64,000 bases of DNA from Camelus ferus (Eukaryota). Positions 39,115-52,500 of this stretch are shown in pieces. The DNA is taken from positions 82,710,001-82,774,000 of the forward strand of contig NC_045697.1 in assembly GCF_009834535.1 (NCBI RefSeq), given 5' to 3'. Positions within the stretch are counted from its first letter, which is position 1, and each line of letters begins with the position of its first letter. The notes beneath the pieces were generated by a model. That model was given only the letters and a program-made list of their open reading frames with translations, was not told where the DNA came from and ran no database searches. The position numbers and the translations under genes are program-made.

Positions 39115-41214
39115 ATTATTGCAAAGTACAATAAACTGAAGCCCAGTTAAATGAAATGTGCCTGTATCTAATTTATAGGGTTAATTTGAGGGTAAGGTGG
39201 AAGAAGATACTAAGCGCTAGTGAATGAAAGCTTAAGATTTAAATGACTGTTTTTTCTTTCTGTTAAAATATTCTTAACATCAGCTACATGTACACACAAA
39301 AAAATTGTTAATCTTGCTTTCTATTTCTTTGATCATATCATTGCCACAATTGTTTAATAGAGCAAGATTAGGAAAGAAGAATAGGATATTTTATAAATAT
39401 GAATCTATTTCAATTGATAGTGGTTATATCACCTTTTATTAAATCAATCATTAATCATCTATGTCTAAACCAACATAAAAATGAGTAGATTAAAATCATC
39501 ACATTTGCCTGCTCTCAGTGTTCTGGTAACTTTTACTTTTTTTTTCACATTGCTTGGTGATTATTTGCCATGGTCAAACAATTAATTTGCCGTTACTTTC
39601 GGTATAATGAAATGTAATTATTCTTAGCCAGGAGACTTGAATTTATAAAGAGAAGGCAGAGTTATCTTACAATCACTTATTTCATCTTAGATTGCAATTC
39701 ATTCTTAGAAATGCTTCTGATATCCTCTTCAATTCAAAGAATCTTCTTTTCTAGGAAAAACTGAAGCAAATTCTGCCAATGCAATATTATCCATAAACAT
39801 TACGCCATCAGCGTCAAGCAGTGATCCAACTATTCTTTCATCATTTAATTTTTTTATACATTTAAAAAGCAAGCATTGCAATTATCAGTAATTATTAAAG
39901 CTCATATAATAAAATCCGCTCTATTGAGGCTTTTGATCTTCTGATGTAATTCTTAAAATTCTGTGCTACTCTGAAATTCTTCATATGCTTTAAGTTCCTT
40001 ATTTGCATCTTGGGTAAATATCTTCTCACCCTTTAATTTCCTCCAAGCTCAGGTGCAGCTGCACTCAACTTTTAAATTACACCTCCATTTCTTTTTTCCA
40101 CACTAAAGTCATATATTACCACACAGAGAGATGTACTTTTAAAAAATTTTAGTGCTATCTAGACTGCTTGAGATATTGTCCATTTCAGAGGTATGAAATA
40201 AATCACTTGTGTTTGAATTTTTTAAAGCCTGTTTTCCTAAACTCTAGGGTCCATGAGTAATTATGGTCTGTCTTCATTTGCATAGCTATCATAAATGTGA
40301 AGATGCCATGATTTTGATTACTCTCTCCCCAGGTGACCATCAGTCCCTCTTCACCAACCAGTCTTTCTTGTTTATTCCTTGAGATTCCTTGAAAAATATT
40401 TTCACCAAAAAGAGACATTTTAGTTTCCCTATTAGAATTAAAGAGTTTTAAATTAACATTATAGAAAGTATGACCTTATCCTAATCGTCAGAAAATACAC
40501 GATTGTCATTAAGCAAGTTAAAATTTAAAATAAACCCGTGACTTCCATAATTACTGGAAGACCTTTGTGCTAATATTCAGTATTAGGAACACTGCTGTAG
40601 TCATACGTGCCACTCTCAAAAAAAGTAAAACTTTTAGTGATATAAGGAATTAGATTATTTAGTTTTAGCCAAATAGGATCTCTCAAGCAATTTCTGGATG
40701 GATAGATATTCCTCATGATCACAGTGGCTTGCCTTGGAGTCAGTCTTGTAATCTATTTTAGGGAAATATTAGCCATATCCTCATAAAGGCTCAGTTGTTC
40801 TAAGTCTACATCCATGATAAAATTACTTACTTTCATCTCTTCGTTGAATCTTTCCTAAACATTGAATCAACTATGGGGAGTAATTGAGGCAGATAATATA
40901 AATAAATTACCCTCACATAGAACTCTGATACTTTTTACTGTACTTTATTCTTGGATTCCGGATATAATTTTAATTAAGTATCTCCTTGATATTCTCTGCT
41001 GCTCTCATCACACTTTCTGTTGCAACTGTTTAACTGTTGTTTGTTTTTAACAGAGCTTGGGAGCAGTATCTCTGCTCTTTATCCATTCAATATACATACA
41101 TGAGGAGTATGTTTAATGTTTTACAAAAGAAAGAGATCAAATTTTGGACACTACTGGTTTAGATATTACTATAAAAAAGTGTTGACAGAGGAAGCACTTC
41201 TTTTTAAAAAAAGT

Positions 41215-42100
41215 GTATCACCCTGACCTCTGTGATGCGTCTGCAGTTTGAACAGTTTTGTCACCCTTCTCATAAAGTCGATTCAACACATCCCTGCCTC
41301 CTGAAGCTTTCTCCATTATTTGTAATTCTTGACCATTCCCTCTTTCTTGAAACTCCCTTCTTGTTTCTGAAAGTTTACAATGTCCAATTTTCTTCCTGCA
41401 TTTATTTTATTTTTTCACGTTACTGTCTTCCTTTAGTGATCCCTTACATTTTCTGCTCCTAAATCCTTGTACTTGGAATTTATTCTTGTTATAAGTCTCT
41501 TCCTTGGTGTCCTCATCCACAAGATGGCTTTAAGTATCATGTAAATGTTGATGACTCTCAGAGCAGGATCTCTGACCAAACCATCTCTGTTGAGTACCAT
41601 ACCTAAAGTTCAAATCACACACAAAGCAACTCCTCATAGGTATCTCAAAGCAAGGTATTTATGATATGATCTTGTCCTCCTCTTTCCCTTGTCTCCGTGA
41701 ATGGGCTCACTCAACCAGTATCACTCTTAGTCTCTCTCAACTCACTCATCCTCTACTTTCAATCAGCCACAAAGAGTTACACAATTTACATTCTCAATAT
41801 TTCTTACGTGCACTCTCTTCCCTCATTTTCATGGGCCATTACCCTAGTTTAGGATTTGGCAGTTCTACCTGAGCAACTGGAATACCTTCCTAACAAATTT
41901 CACGACCATTCTTATTTTCCTCTCCACTCTTCACCCAGCAGCCAGGGGGATCTTCCCATAACGTGTATTGGCAAAGCCATTTCTCCATTCGCAGTTCTTC
42001 AGTGGATTCCTATAGGCTGAAATGCCTTAACATGGAGCCAAAGGTGTTTCATGATCTGGCAGGAACCAACTTTTATAGTGTTGTCCCCTGACAATTCTTC
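41215..42100 (+). mobile_element. L2 LINE fragment
   Basis: CCTGACCTCT...TTGACCATTCCCTCTTTCTTGAAAC...CTCATCCAC...TGATGACTCTCA, typical of degraded L2. Confidence 0.6.
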
Positions 42101-43169
42101 AGGAATTTCCTCTTTCTTATTGATATAAAACTCTAGAATTTTTGGAATTTCCCTAGAAAGGTCTGCTATTGGGAAGGCATGTTATCCTGCACTCCTCTTC
42201 CTGCTTTGTATCTACTGCCTGTCCCACAACATACGCACGCAGTTCCTGGAAAGCCAAACAAGCTTTCTAGTTCACGTGTGTGTGTGCATGTGTACAAGAG
42301 CGTGCACGTGTATTATCCACTTCGGTGGTATTTCTGTTATTCTAGTCATAGCTACGCGCATACTTCCTTGTGTGCACCTCTCTCATTTGTGGCTCTCAAC
42401 CGCATATCCAAGATTATTTCTACCATATTTTAAGTACTCTGAGGCTAGACTCTCCCCATGTTTTTGTTCTCCAGGAAAGTCAAACATAAAGCAAGAGACC
42501 ATAAACATGGATTGTTGGAAATGATAAGTAAAATTATAGAGAATAAAAATTAATATCTCAAGATTCATCACAATACATCATATCTAAATATTTTCTGCAA
42601 ATAGGTAAATAAGGTATTGTTTTATTCCCTTGTCACAGAAATATACCACCAGAAATGATGGTGATGCCTGGGAGAAGTTCTTTGCTCGTTGTCTTCATAA
42701 CCATTGACACGTGGGGCACCTGGTTACAGTAATAGTCACAGGCAGTTAAAAAATGTATTTCACTGTAGTTGTGTTTGAAATCATTGGCCTATGTCGCCTC
42801 TCTATTCCTTCCCTGTCAGACCATCCTTTCTCCTTCCTGTATCAGCCCACGATGCTAAAGGGGAAAATCCTGCCTTCATCTATTTATCTCAGTTCCTCAT
42901 CTGGTCTCCCCTCTTCTGAGTATCCTCCATCACACAACACAAATCTTCCCTTTGATACTGCAACCCGTAAAACCCTCATTTATTCCCATTGTTTCGGCAG
43001 ATTGTATTTGGAGCCCTCAGTTTGAATAATATTTGCTGCTAACAACAGTCTCAGAGCATGACATTTTCCAATGAAATCCTGGTCTGGCAACAAGCTAAGA
43101 ATTTTCCTAGATCTACACTATCCTTCCGGACAATAGCCTTTGTTGTTGTTGCTGTTTGTCATTGTGAAA

Positions 43170-43570
43170 TCGTTTTCTTGGAGATTCCTACATGGCAGGC
43201 AGTGTTTTCACCATAGCCTGCTGTAACAGAGAATGCTGGTGTTTTCCAATATTCGTATTTCTCCTCTTCTCTCTATGCACACAGCTCACCTCCACTTCCC
43301 AGCTCTCTTTCAAGTGCCTTGTGCCTTGCGAGTTCTGGCCAATGGAGAGTGTACTTGAAATGTACCGCTTCCTGGGTTGGTCTGTGGAACCGCCCCCTCC
43401 CCCTTCCCTCGCCTCCCAGCCAGATGAGGTGGATCTTGCCGAGGGCCCCAGGGCATGGACGAACCCTGGGTACCTCTACCACCCTGCCACATACTCATTT
43501 GCACTGCGCTGTGAATGGAAAAGAGAACTTTCTTGTTTTAACGAGTGAATTTGAAGATATAAAGAATAGA
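43170..43570 (+). mobile_element. Degraded MLT1 LTR
   Basis: TTCCCAGCTCTCTTT...GAGTTCTGGCCAATGGA motif. Confidence 0.5.
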
Positions 43571-43977
43571 TTTTGTTACTTTTCTTATTTAATAGATATT
43601 CCAAATATTAGGCTGCCGTCCTTCATTCCAAGAAGAATGTGATCGCTCACTCATTTTGTTTCTATTTCCACAATTTTCATTACCCGAGTAACTTTATTGC
43701 ATTCTGAATTTCTTAGTATCTTTAATGACTATGATTTCACATCGTTTTGCTTCAATAAACAATTCTTGAGGCCAAAGGCAGGTTTTACAATCCTGTAAAC
43801 TGAACTACATCTAAAGCCCTCTCTCTGATAAGAAATGCTTATCGCCACTAAATATTTTTATTCACTCACTTAGGTCTTTAAACTTCTCAGTATTTTTTTT
43901 TTTTCATGTGATGCTTCTTGGCTTTACCTTCCGATGAACTTCATCATCATGTTTGGTCATTTCTGGTCACTCTTACC

Positions 43978-44238
43978 ATTTTTTTCTTTTTTATTGAAGT
44001 ATATGGTTTACAATATTGTATTAATTTCTAGTGTGCAGCATAGTGATTCATTTATTCATATATATATTGCTTTTATATTATTTTTCATTATAAGCCATTA
44101 CAAGGTATTGAATATAGTTCCCTGTGCTGTACATTAGGACATTGTTATTTATCTATTTTGTATATAGTAGTTAGTATCTGCAAATCCCGAACTCCCAATT
44201 TATCCCTCCCCTCCCTCTTTCCTCCTCCCACCTCCCGG
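43978..44238 (-). mobile_element. Short young L1 3'-end insertion
   Basis: TTTTTATTGAAGTATA...GAATATAGTTCCCTGTGCTGTACA...AACTCCCAATTTATCCC; ACTCTTA on both flanks. Confidence 0.8.
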
Positions 44239-44461
44239 TACTCTTATCTTCAATCCCCTACTCTCCTGCTTTCCTTCTGAACACACTCTCAACCTAGAAC
44301 TCTCTAATCACAAACATTTTCCATCTTCTGAGCTGCTGAGCTGTCCTAGAGAAAAATCGCATAACTCTGCCAGGTGGGGCAGATTTATAGTTTCCAATTT
44401 CAGTTGGGTCCCCAAAATTGCTTGCCAATCCTTTTACTCTCAGTTTAACAGCTCTGACCTA

Positions 44462-44957
44462 TGTAATGGTGTTAGAACAGCTCTCCCTTCCACAGCATCT
44501 TGTACTTATTCCTGGGCATCTCAGAGGAGCCTTTCGCACACACCCAGTCGTGGATTTATGAGCTGTAGTCCCCACGCTGCATTACCCTAGTCCCCATCCT
44601 GCCTTAGCTTCCACTTGCCCACCCTGCTTCACACACAATTGCTTATGGAAACCTGACCACTGCCAGTTACCATCCTGAAATGCCAGCATCCCTACTAGGA
44701 TCGCTGTCACCCAATGCTCTGAGTGCCTCTCTTCCTTGGAGGGTCTGAGTGATGCAATGTTTATCCTGGTGGCAGAAAAAAAAAGGGTTTCCTCCCAACC
44801 TGCTATCTCATGTGGTCATCAGAACATGAAAGCAGCTGGGCTCCTGGCCAGAGACTTGCACAGTTTTCGTATGCAATCCTGGGAACCTGTGGCTCTCACT
44901 TCTCTATCCGTTGTAGCCACTCAAGTTTCTTCCCTGGAGCCACCAAGGAAATAGACA
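44462..44957. mobile_element. Probable ancient ERVL-type solo LTR
   Basis: ~500-bp GC-elevated block starting TGTAATGG and ending ...AGACA; family not assigned. Confidence 0.35.
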
Positions 44958-45259
44958 GGTCATGATTTACCCTATATTCTCTCTTTTTCTCCTCCAGCTC
45001 TTCCTCCAACAAAAGTATCTTCTCTACTACTAGATGTAAAAGAGACAACTGCAGACAAACAGAAATGGATGTGCAGAGGTAAACTGATGGTGCCTATTTC
45101 ACTTTGGATATAATGGGCCAAATATTTTTTGTTATCCTTTCTGTGCCCTCTCCCTTCACACTCTCCCACTGATTATAAATGAAGAACATTCTATCCAAGC
45201 CTTCAAATCAGAATCATTTTGGATGTACAAACCTATAGGGAAAAAAAAGTTTCTCCTTA

Positions 45260-45600
45260 CATTCATTCAAAAACATTTATTCACTCATTGAACATGCAGT
45301 TTTCTTGGGACTATACTAGGTGATGCACAGGTACAAATTTTCAGTGTGCACTTTCTGTCCCCAAGGCAGGCACGATGTAGGAGCACAGCAGTTTAGCAGA
45401 GAAATAAATACAATAACATGTGAACATTGCTATGGTAAAAGTTGATGTAATATAAAAGGAGGTCACAAAGAGCAGAAGAATTTGATTTGAGGTGGAAAGC
45501 AAGTTTCCCAGAGGACATGATAGATGAGAAGTTTGAATTTGATTATGTAAGTAGAGGCTATCTCTCCTATGTAAAATAATTGTAAGCATCAAATTTTATG
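45260..45600 (-). mobile_element. L2 3' end
   Basis: ATTCATTCAAAAACATTTATT, the antisense of the L2 tail. Confidence 0.55.
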
Positions 45601-47040
45601 AAACATACAGAATCATTTTGACAAATTTAAGGAAGTAAAATATAATGGCTTCTTTTTTTCCTATACAGATGAGTGTACACAAATTATACAAGTATATGTG
45701 ATAGAAGGTGAATCGCCTCCTACTGAAAACAGCATATCTTCATCATTCTGTCCTTAATCTTATCATGCCGTGGATCAGTCTCACCACATCTGTGCAGTAA
45801 GTATAATGTGACTATAGTTTCTCTGGTTCACCCAGATGTATGGCTCTGTCAACCACCCTGTCTCTCACCTTACATGAATTTAAACTTCATTATTTTAATT
45901 ACAAACGTTTAGAGAGCACCTAATTGTGTGTAAGGCACTGTGTTGTATCCTGTGGTTGAGACGGCAAAAGGTGTGTGTGTTGATAGACAGGGCTTGGTCT
46001 TTGGCCACAAGCAGTTTACATTAGAAGGTAAAGGACAAAATACTTATTTTCTGAGTATTAGTTAGACCTTCGTATATTTTTTAAGTCTTGTCTCAGCCAA
46101 AAGATGACAACCATTCTCTGCTTGAAGAGTTATTAGAATCTGATAGAAGTAGAATTAATAAAGCACATTTGAATGGCATGCTGTGGTAGGGAAAACAGCC
46201 CTAAGTTTATTATTCACAATAAAATATATATGAATGCTGTCTTTTAGGATAATACCACTTCAAATATTTCTATGTAAGAGGAAACAAAAATGTATCTAGA
46301 AGAGATGTTAAAAAATAAAATTTAGGTGATTAACCTCCACGTGGAAGGAGGGCTTTTTGCTGTTTTGGTAGTTACTCTTTGATTTTTTTGACTGTTGTTT
46401 ATTTGGATAATGGGCCAGCCTTGCTATATGATGGCACATGGAGAGAGTCAATATCTAAGAGTTTTACGGCAACTTTGCGTTACTGTTACAGGTCTGTAAC
46501 ATGACCTTCAGTGTAGGTCATTAAGGTCTAAGCATTGCATCTATTAGTGAAGGTCATCATTCTGAATTTTCAGGAAATAGAACCACACTAAGTATTATGA
46601 GACAAAAGAGTTTGTAACAGGGTTCGGGCTTCCACACATGTAGAAAGAGCAGGGACTATGTAGATCATGAGGCTGCAGCTGGAAGGGCGGAGACACAGTC
46701 ACTGAAGATACCAGCCTGGCCAACTGAGTGAAACGGCTTTTCAAAGTTTGCAGGGAAAACGCCACAACTCTCACTTGTCTGGATACAATCCTACCAACTG
46801 TCTCAACTTGAAACAGGAAAGCTGGAAATTGCAGGGAAGTCTGCGTAGCGGCCACATTTGGCCATCAGCATCTCATGAGAATATAATGACTCTTCCTCTG
46901 CTCTTCATAACAGATGTGAGGGCCATTCATTGACAAATACTGATCTGGAACCATTGAAGGAGAGGGCTCTAAGAAATGTTGTACCTGATAAGACAGTAAT
47001 GTGAGGTTTACTACTAGCACAGGAAGGAGCTGGTGTTTTA

Positions 47041-47192
47041 TTTATTATTATTATTTTTTGGGTGGGGGGAGGTAATTAGGTGTGTTTGTTTGTTTATTTA
47101 TTTATTTATTTATTTTTAGAGGAGGTGCTGGGGATTGAACCCAGGACCTTGTGCTAAGCATGCTCTCTATTGCTGGAGCTATACCCTCCCCC
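47041..47192 (-). mobile_element. tRNA-derived SINE (camelid-type)
   Basis: Reverse complement GGGGGAGGGTATAGCTC...GCTTAGCACAAGGTCCTGGGTTCAATCCC (A/B boxes) with (TAAA)n tail; degenerate TSD AGGA(G/A)CTGG..TTTTA. Confidence 0.88.
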
Positions 47193-47698
47193 GAGGAACT
47201 GGCATTTTAAACAGGATTTGATATTTACTGCCCTAAGATATCCCTACTCAAAGTCTTTTTAGGGTCATAAATAATTTGATCGTGCTAAATTTAGCCTTAG
47301 TGTTTTATAATCCAATTAGTTTGAAGTTTAAGGAATAATGAAGGATGTTAAACTTTCATTTCCTAATATGATCTAATGCACTGAAAATCATATACTGAAA
47401 TCTGCTGTTATTTACCAAAAGTTATTTTTTAAGAGCTTGCCACATTTAAATATTTTGAAATATTTTTATTAGGTTGATAATACGGTGAAAAAATGGATTC
47501 TATCACTAATTATGTTGTATTAAGAATGTACTTGTTTTTCTGTAAAATCAGAATATTGTCATCTCTATTTGCTAAGTATTTTTCACGAGTGGATAAATCC
47601 TTTATTTTTCAAAAAGAAACAGTCTAGAAGATGCAATGTGACAGTGTTTATATGGTATCTGTGTGGTTTATGTGTATACATGCATCCGCATGAGTGAT

Positions 47699-47699
<1 letters not shown>

Positions 47700-47738
<39 letters not shown>
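47700..47738. repeat. (CA)n microsatellite, ~19 units
   Basis: Direct reading. Confidence 0.97.
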
Positions 47739-47739
<1 letters not shown>

Positions 47740-48799
47740 CCCCAATGGAGTATACTTTTATCCAATTTGGTAACTAAACATATCAACAGAAATTCTATAG
47801 TTACAGCAATCCATTTTTTTCTATTACACACCACTATTTTCTCTTTCTGAGCTAAATCCAATACCTTGAACTAGTAAAAATACTTTATTCTTAGTACTGC
47901 CAATATTCCCAGAGGCATAGCGGTGATACTTTCCTTAAAATAATTCTGCCTGCTGGGCAGGAGGCTTTTTTCAGCGTTAAATAGAACAAAATCAGTCTTG
48001 TAGCTGCTATCTGCTTTACTGTGTGTAGACCTATGTTAAGATACTTTTAAAATTAAATGTCAAATCCAGGTTGACATTAGAAACACAGCAGTGCTTGATA
48101 TTTGATGAGAAGCTGTCAACTTTCCTCTCCCTGTCAAATTGCCAGCTGCTTCTTCGTGACGAGTTTAGGCTAAGCCAGGACTGCTAGGCACAGTTCCATA
48201 TAAAAAGGTCTCTATACTGTATGGTGTGTGTGTGTGTTTATTGGAAGTGAGTGTGAGAAGAGACAAACTATTTGTTATTGGGAAACTAAACTTCACTCTT
48301 CTAATTATTAAGATTATTTTAGGAATGATCCTTGTAGATGAATTGAAAATTCAGAAATTCCATTCAGGGTTAGACATGAAAAGGTAAGTTGAATTCCTTC
48401 CAAGTGGTAATTTCCATGAAAAATGGAATCTTTGAACCTCAGGCTATAGTTTTGAGGGAAGTTCTTATTCTGTTGTTTGCTAGACCAATAGTGTATCTTA
48501 ATCTTTCACTTCATTTTGACTGACTAACACTGTTAGATAAATGTGTCGGGGGTGGGTGGGGAGTGTGAGAGTATATGGCTGTGTAGTCAGAACACAGAGA
48601 GGAAATGGTAGGCAGGATGCTTTGGTTCTGTTTTCTGTTTTTAAACACACACATAAACACACACACCCCCACACATCCACACCCCTCATTCTATGTGATC
48701 ATATATTTCTCAGGAAATTATACAATACTTAGTATCTCAGAAAATGGAGGTGATTACCTAAATGTATGAAGCACTTTTTTTTTTTTTTTTTTTTTTTAC

Positions 48800-49500
48800 T
48801 GGATATAGACCCCTGGCTTGACAATTTCTCTCAGCACTGCGGTTTATGTAACTCAGGCTTCTACCACCACCATCACTGTGGAGAATCCAATCTCCTCTCA
48901 GACTGTTTTCTGTTCTTAATTTCTCACTTTGTTCTAGCAATTTTTAAGACCATCTCTCTGCATTTAGTTCTCTGAAGTGACACTATGATATTACTAGGTA
49001 GGTGTATGTGTGTGTGAATTGTGCCTGAGATTTACTGAGTGCATTGGATGTAAAGACTGGTGTTGTTTGACAGCTCTGGCAACTTCCCAGCTACCAGCTT
49101 CTAACGTATGGCCTCTGCTTCCTCTTGCCTACCTTTCTGGAACTCTAGTTAAGCACACACCAAACCTTCTCATTCTAGACTTTATGGCCCCTGTTTCCTT
49201 GTGCTACTTTGCCTTATTTTTTTCTAACATCGCCTCCAGTTTCAGATGTTTTCAATTTTGCTGCTTATTTCATTAAGTTTAAATTTTCTTCATCATATAT
49301 ATATATTTTTTCTTGAACTTCTATTTCTCTCCAAGTCAGCTACATCACATTTTATATTTTCCTATGCCCTGAAAATATGTTCAAGCTTGTATTATTCATT
49401 ATGTTTAGTACAAAAAATCTGTTAACATTAGTGTGTGAAAGTCTTTCTGTCATCTATCATATGTTTATGATGCTTTGTTTCTTTGTGTACTTAAATTATT
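48800..49500 (-). mobile_element. Very old L1 (L1M) fragment
   Basis: Antisense ORF1-like motifs (AAGACCATCTCTCTG...TTTACTGAG...CTTTCTGGAACTCTAGTTA). Confidence 0.4.
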
Positions 49501-52500
49501 ATATGACTTATTGTGAAATGCTTATATATCTGTAAATCTGCTTTGGTGGTGATTTAAACAATTATCTGGAAAACTAAATGAAATAAGTTTTTTTTGCAAA
49601 ATAATTTTACCAATTTAACATCTCTAATTCTTATTGCAGAATGTGCATTTTGTTGGACCAATGGAAGAGAATTCCTAGGAATAGATTCTGCTGGTTTTAC
49701 TGCTTTACTTAAGCATATAAAACTACTAACCTGTCTATTATATGTCTTTAAGTTGATGAAAAATAGCTTTCAAAAATGATAGTAGAAATGGAGAATTTAA
49801 GCCTTAACTATCTGTGAATAATTTTGTCTTATAAATTTTTACACGTATATTAATTTCAGCAAAACCTTATATAACAGGATTTGTTTATTTGTTCATTTCT
49901 TTCAATATTTTAAAATTAGGTACTGGGGAAAACAGAAATTAAATAATGAGGAAATCTTACTAACGTCAAGAATTTAAGGCTATTGTCATAATCACTAAAA
50001 AGATTGACTCTGTAATGTAGAAAGTAAAATATTTTGTAAAATAAAAATAATATATTTTATAGTATCATTGTAAAGATAATGAAACATTTCTTTCTCGTAA
50101 GTTTTCAAATTTGGTAAAAGTATTTCTTAAGTAAAACTCATGAAAATAAAAAGACAAGTTTTTTTCCTCCTTGTTTTATAGTTTGAAACTAGAACAACTG
50201 GCTCAAATTAATTTGAGTCAATATTGAAGTTGCTTTCTATGTAAAACACTCCCCAATACATGACAACTATCTTTCTTTTCAGAATAATTTAGAAGAAAAC
50301 ATTATTAGACAACTAACGCCAATATTTTTTTTAAAAGGCATGGTGGTGCCGTTCTCCAAGACTGCCTGTAGGCTCCGGCAAGGCAAATGTTTCTCTTCTT
50401 AACAACTTTGAACCCAGATGCAAATAAATATCATTTCTCCAGGAAGCAAAGTAATTTCAGAACTTCATAAGATACGTGTTGCGGGCCAGCAGCACTGCAC
50501 ATTAAAACTCTGCAGCGTGAGTTGGAGGTCATCCTAATAGCACTGCCCTAGTGGAAAATGATTGGACCTTCACTATAGACTTCCCTGCCATACCCTATTC
50601 CTGTCTGACACCTTCATTTGACCCAGTCACAGTTTCTTCTGGGATGGAGTATATTTCTTTAATAATGTCACATTCCAGAGAGTGACTCCAATGCAGGGAC
50701 TATTAAAGGGCATAGTTACTCACAGAAGGACCATCGTGCAGGAAGATAATAAGTGATACAGTAAAGAGATGTCCCCACCAGGGCACCACCAGGAATTAAT
50801 TCAAACAGCTGTCACAGAATTTCATACAAAGTACGAAGTGGACATCTGTGACTCCACCTCTAATTTACAAATTCTCTCATGCTGTCAACTGTTCTCATAC
50901 ATTAAACTCTACGTCTGCCTATATTTTGGTAGATTAAACTTGTTTTTTTGTAGTTTTCAAAATGGTTTCCATGTGACCTATCACACTGAATTGTCTTTAT
51001 TTTGACATTTTAGTGGGCTAGTTGTTTTCTCCAAGCTGCACCAACCACATCACTCGCACAGGAACGTCATTAGCGACTTAATGCCAACAAGTGTCACTTC
51101 TAGAGTTACTGGCTCCTTTGCGTTTGCCCTCCTCGCTCTAAAGCCTGGTCCCACACACTCTCCCAAGTTGGTTCCAGCTATTCTTCCTCCACCATCCCCA
51201 CTTTGCTACAGGTCAGCATGAGACGTGACCCTTGAGCAAGGGTGTGTACCATTTCCACCTCTATGCTTTCCTTTCCCACAGCCCACTGATGCCTCTGCAC
51301 GGCTGGGGAACTCTGGCTACCCCACTGCCCTCAGCACTGCCCCTCTTGACCACACAGAGGCCGAGGACTCCCAGCGGTGCAACAGTGCTGAGCACACTGA
51401 CTTTGCTTTTCCAACAACTCTGCTGGAATCAGGATTTATTTTATTTGCATCTGAGCCTCTCACTACAGTATGGCTATCAGAGACCTTAGAGATGCCAAAG
51501 CACACTGTACTAGGTATTTGTCTTTCCAAGGTCATCTGACTCTCTGCTCTCCTAGGCAGCTCTGGTATTGCATTAGGGCTGATTCTCAAGCTTAGATGCC
51601 ACTTGACTACAACCTGCAGTGGGCATATTACTTACCATCATGTCCCCACATTAGTATCCACCAGATCAGGAATATACCAAGCACCCAATAAATCTTTAAG
51701 GAATGGAGCTTAATTAATTTTAGTTGTTGAGACTTACTTTTCTTCTGAAGACAGGGGAATGATTCCCTAATCTTTATCGGGTATTCTTTTATAAAGACAA
51801 CAAAGTAGAAGCTTAGGCCTACAGAGGTCAGTAGGACAGTCCTTTTACTTTACAGAGCTTTGTTGTCTCCAAAGTTGGAGCAAGTATCAGCGATGCTGTT
51901 TTACCTGTTCCATGTGGCACTTCCATGCACTGTTGCTGGTCACCTAGGAAGAAAGGCACACTAAAGCCTTCCTTCCCTTGTTGACTTTTTTCTTGCCATC
52001 TTTTGGATCCCTTTTTCCCCTCGTCCCCAGCTGCATGATTTTATCAGACATACTGTGTAAATATGAACCTCAACTATTTGTAAAGTTTGTGTTGTTTTAT
52101 TCTAATACATATATGTGCATATATATGATAGAGTGTGCCATAAACTATTTTTAAATAGGAGAAATCACATTAAAAATTTCATTTCTGTTAACACACAGTA
52201 ATATTAAAAATCCAGCCTGCAAAATGCAGTGAAATTGCACATTTAAGTAGTGTTAATGAATTCCAGAGTCTTTTGGATGTTTTACTATGAATTAGCATCA
52301 CTGGCAAGGATAATTAAGTTGATTAAAAATATCAGGAGGCTTTTTTCTTCTTGATGTGGATTTACAATAAAGCATACTTTCCTTTTTCCCTTCTTTTCTT
52401 TTTCAATTGTCATAAGCGCTGTTTAGTCCTAGTCATAATAATTGAATGGAAAGATAGAAACTTCAATTCAAAAGAAAATCTCAGATCTTCGGTTTCCTCA

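Larger units (their letters stand above)
37480..39164 (-). mobile_element. Tigger1 (TcMar-Tigger) internal-deletion derivative interrupted by two L1 insertions
   Basis: Ends (T)AGGCATAACTC and ATGTGCCTG-TA; transposase C-terminal remnant in ORF 37704..38099 ([16 protein letters not shown]...[16 protein letters not shown]...KMLSNSIAC). Confidence 0.88.

Noticed and set aside
51330..51392. CTCAGCACTG...CAGTGCTGAG inverted repeat (miRNA hairpin or REST site?)
   Set aside because: Only a 10-bp stem with a poorly pairing interior; RE1 half-site without the GGACAG half.
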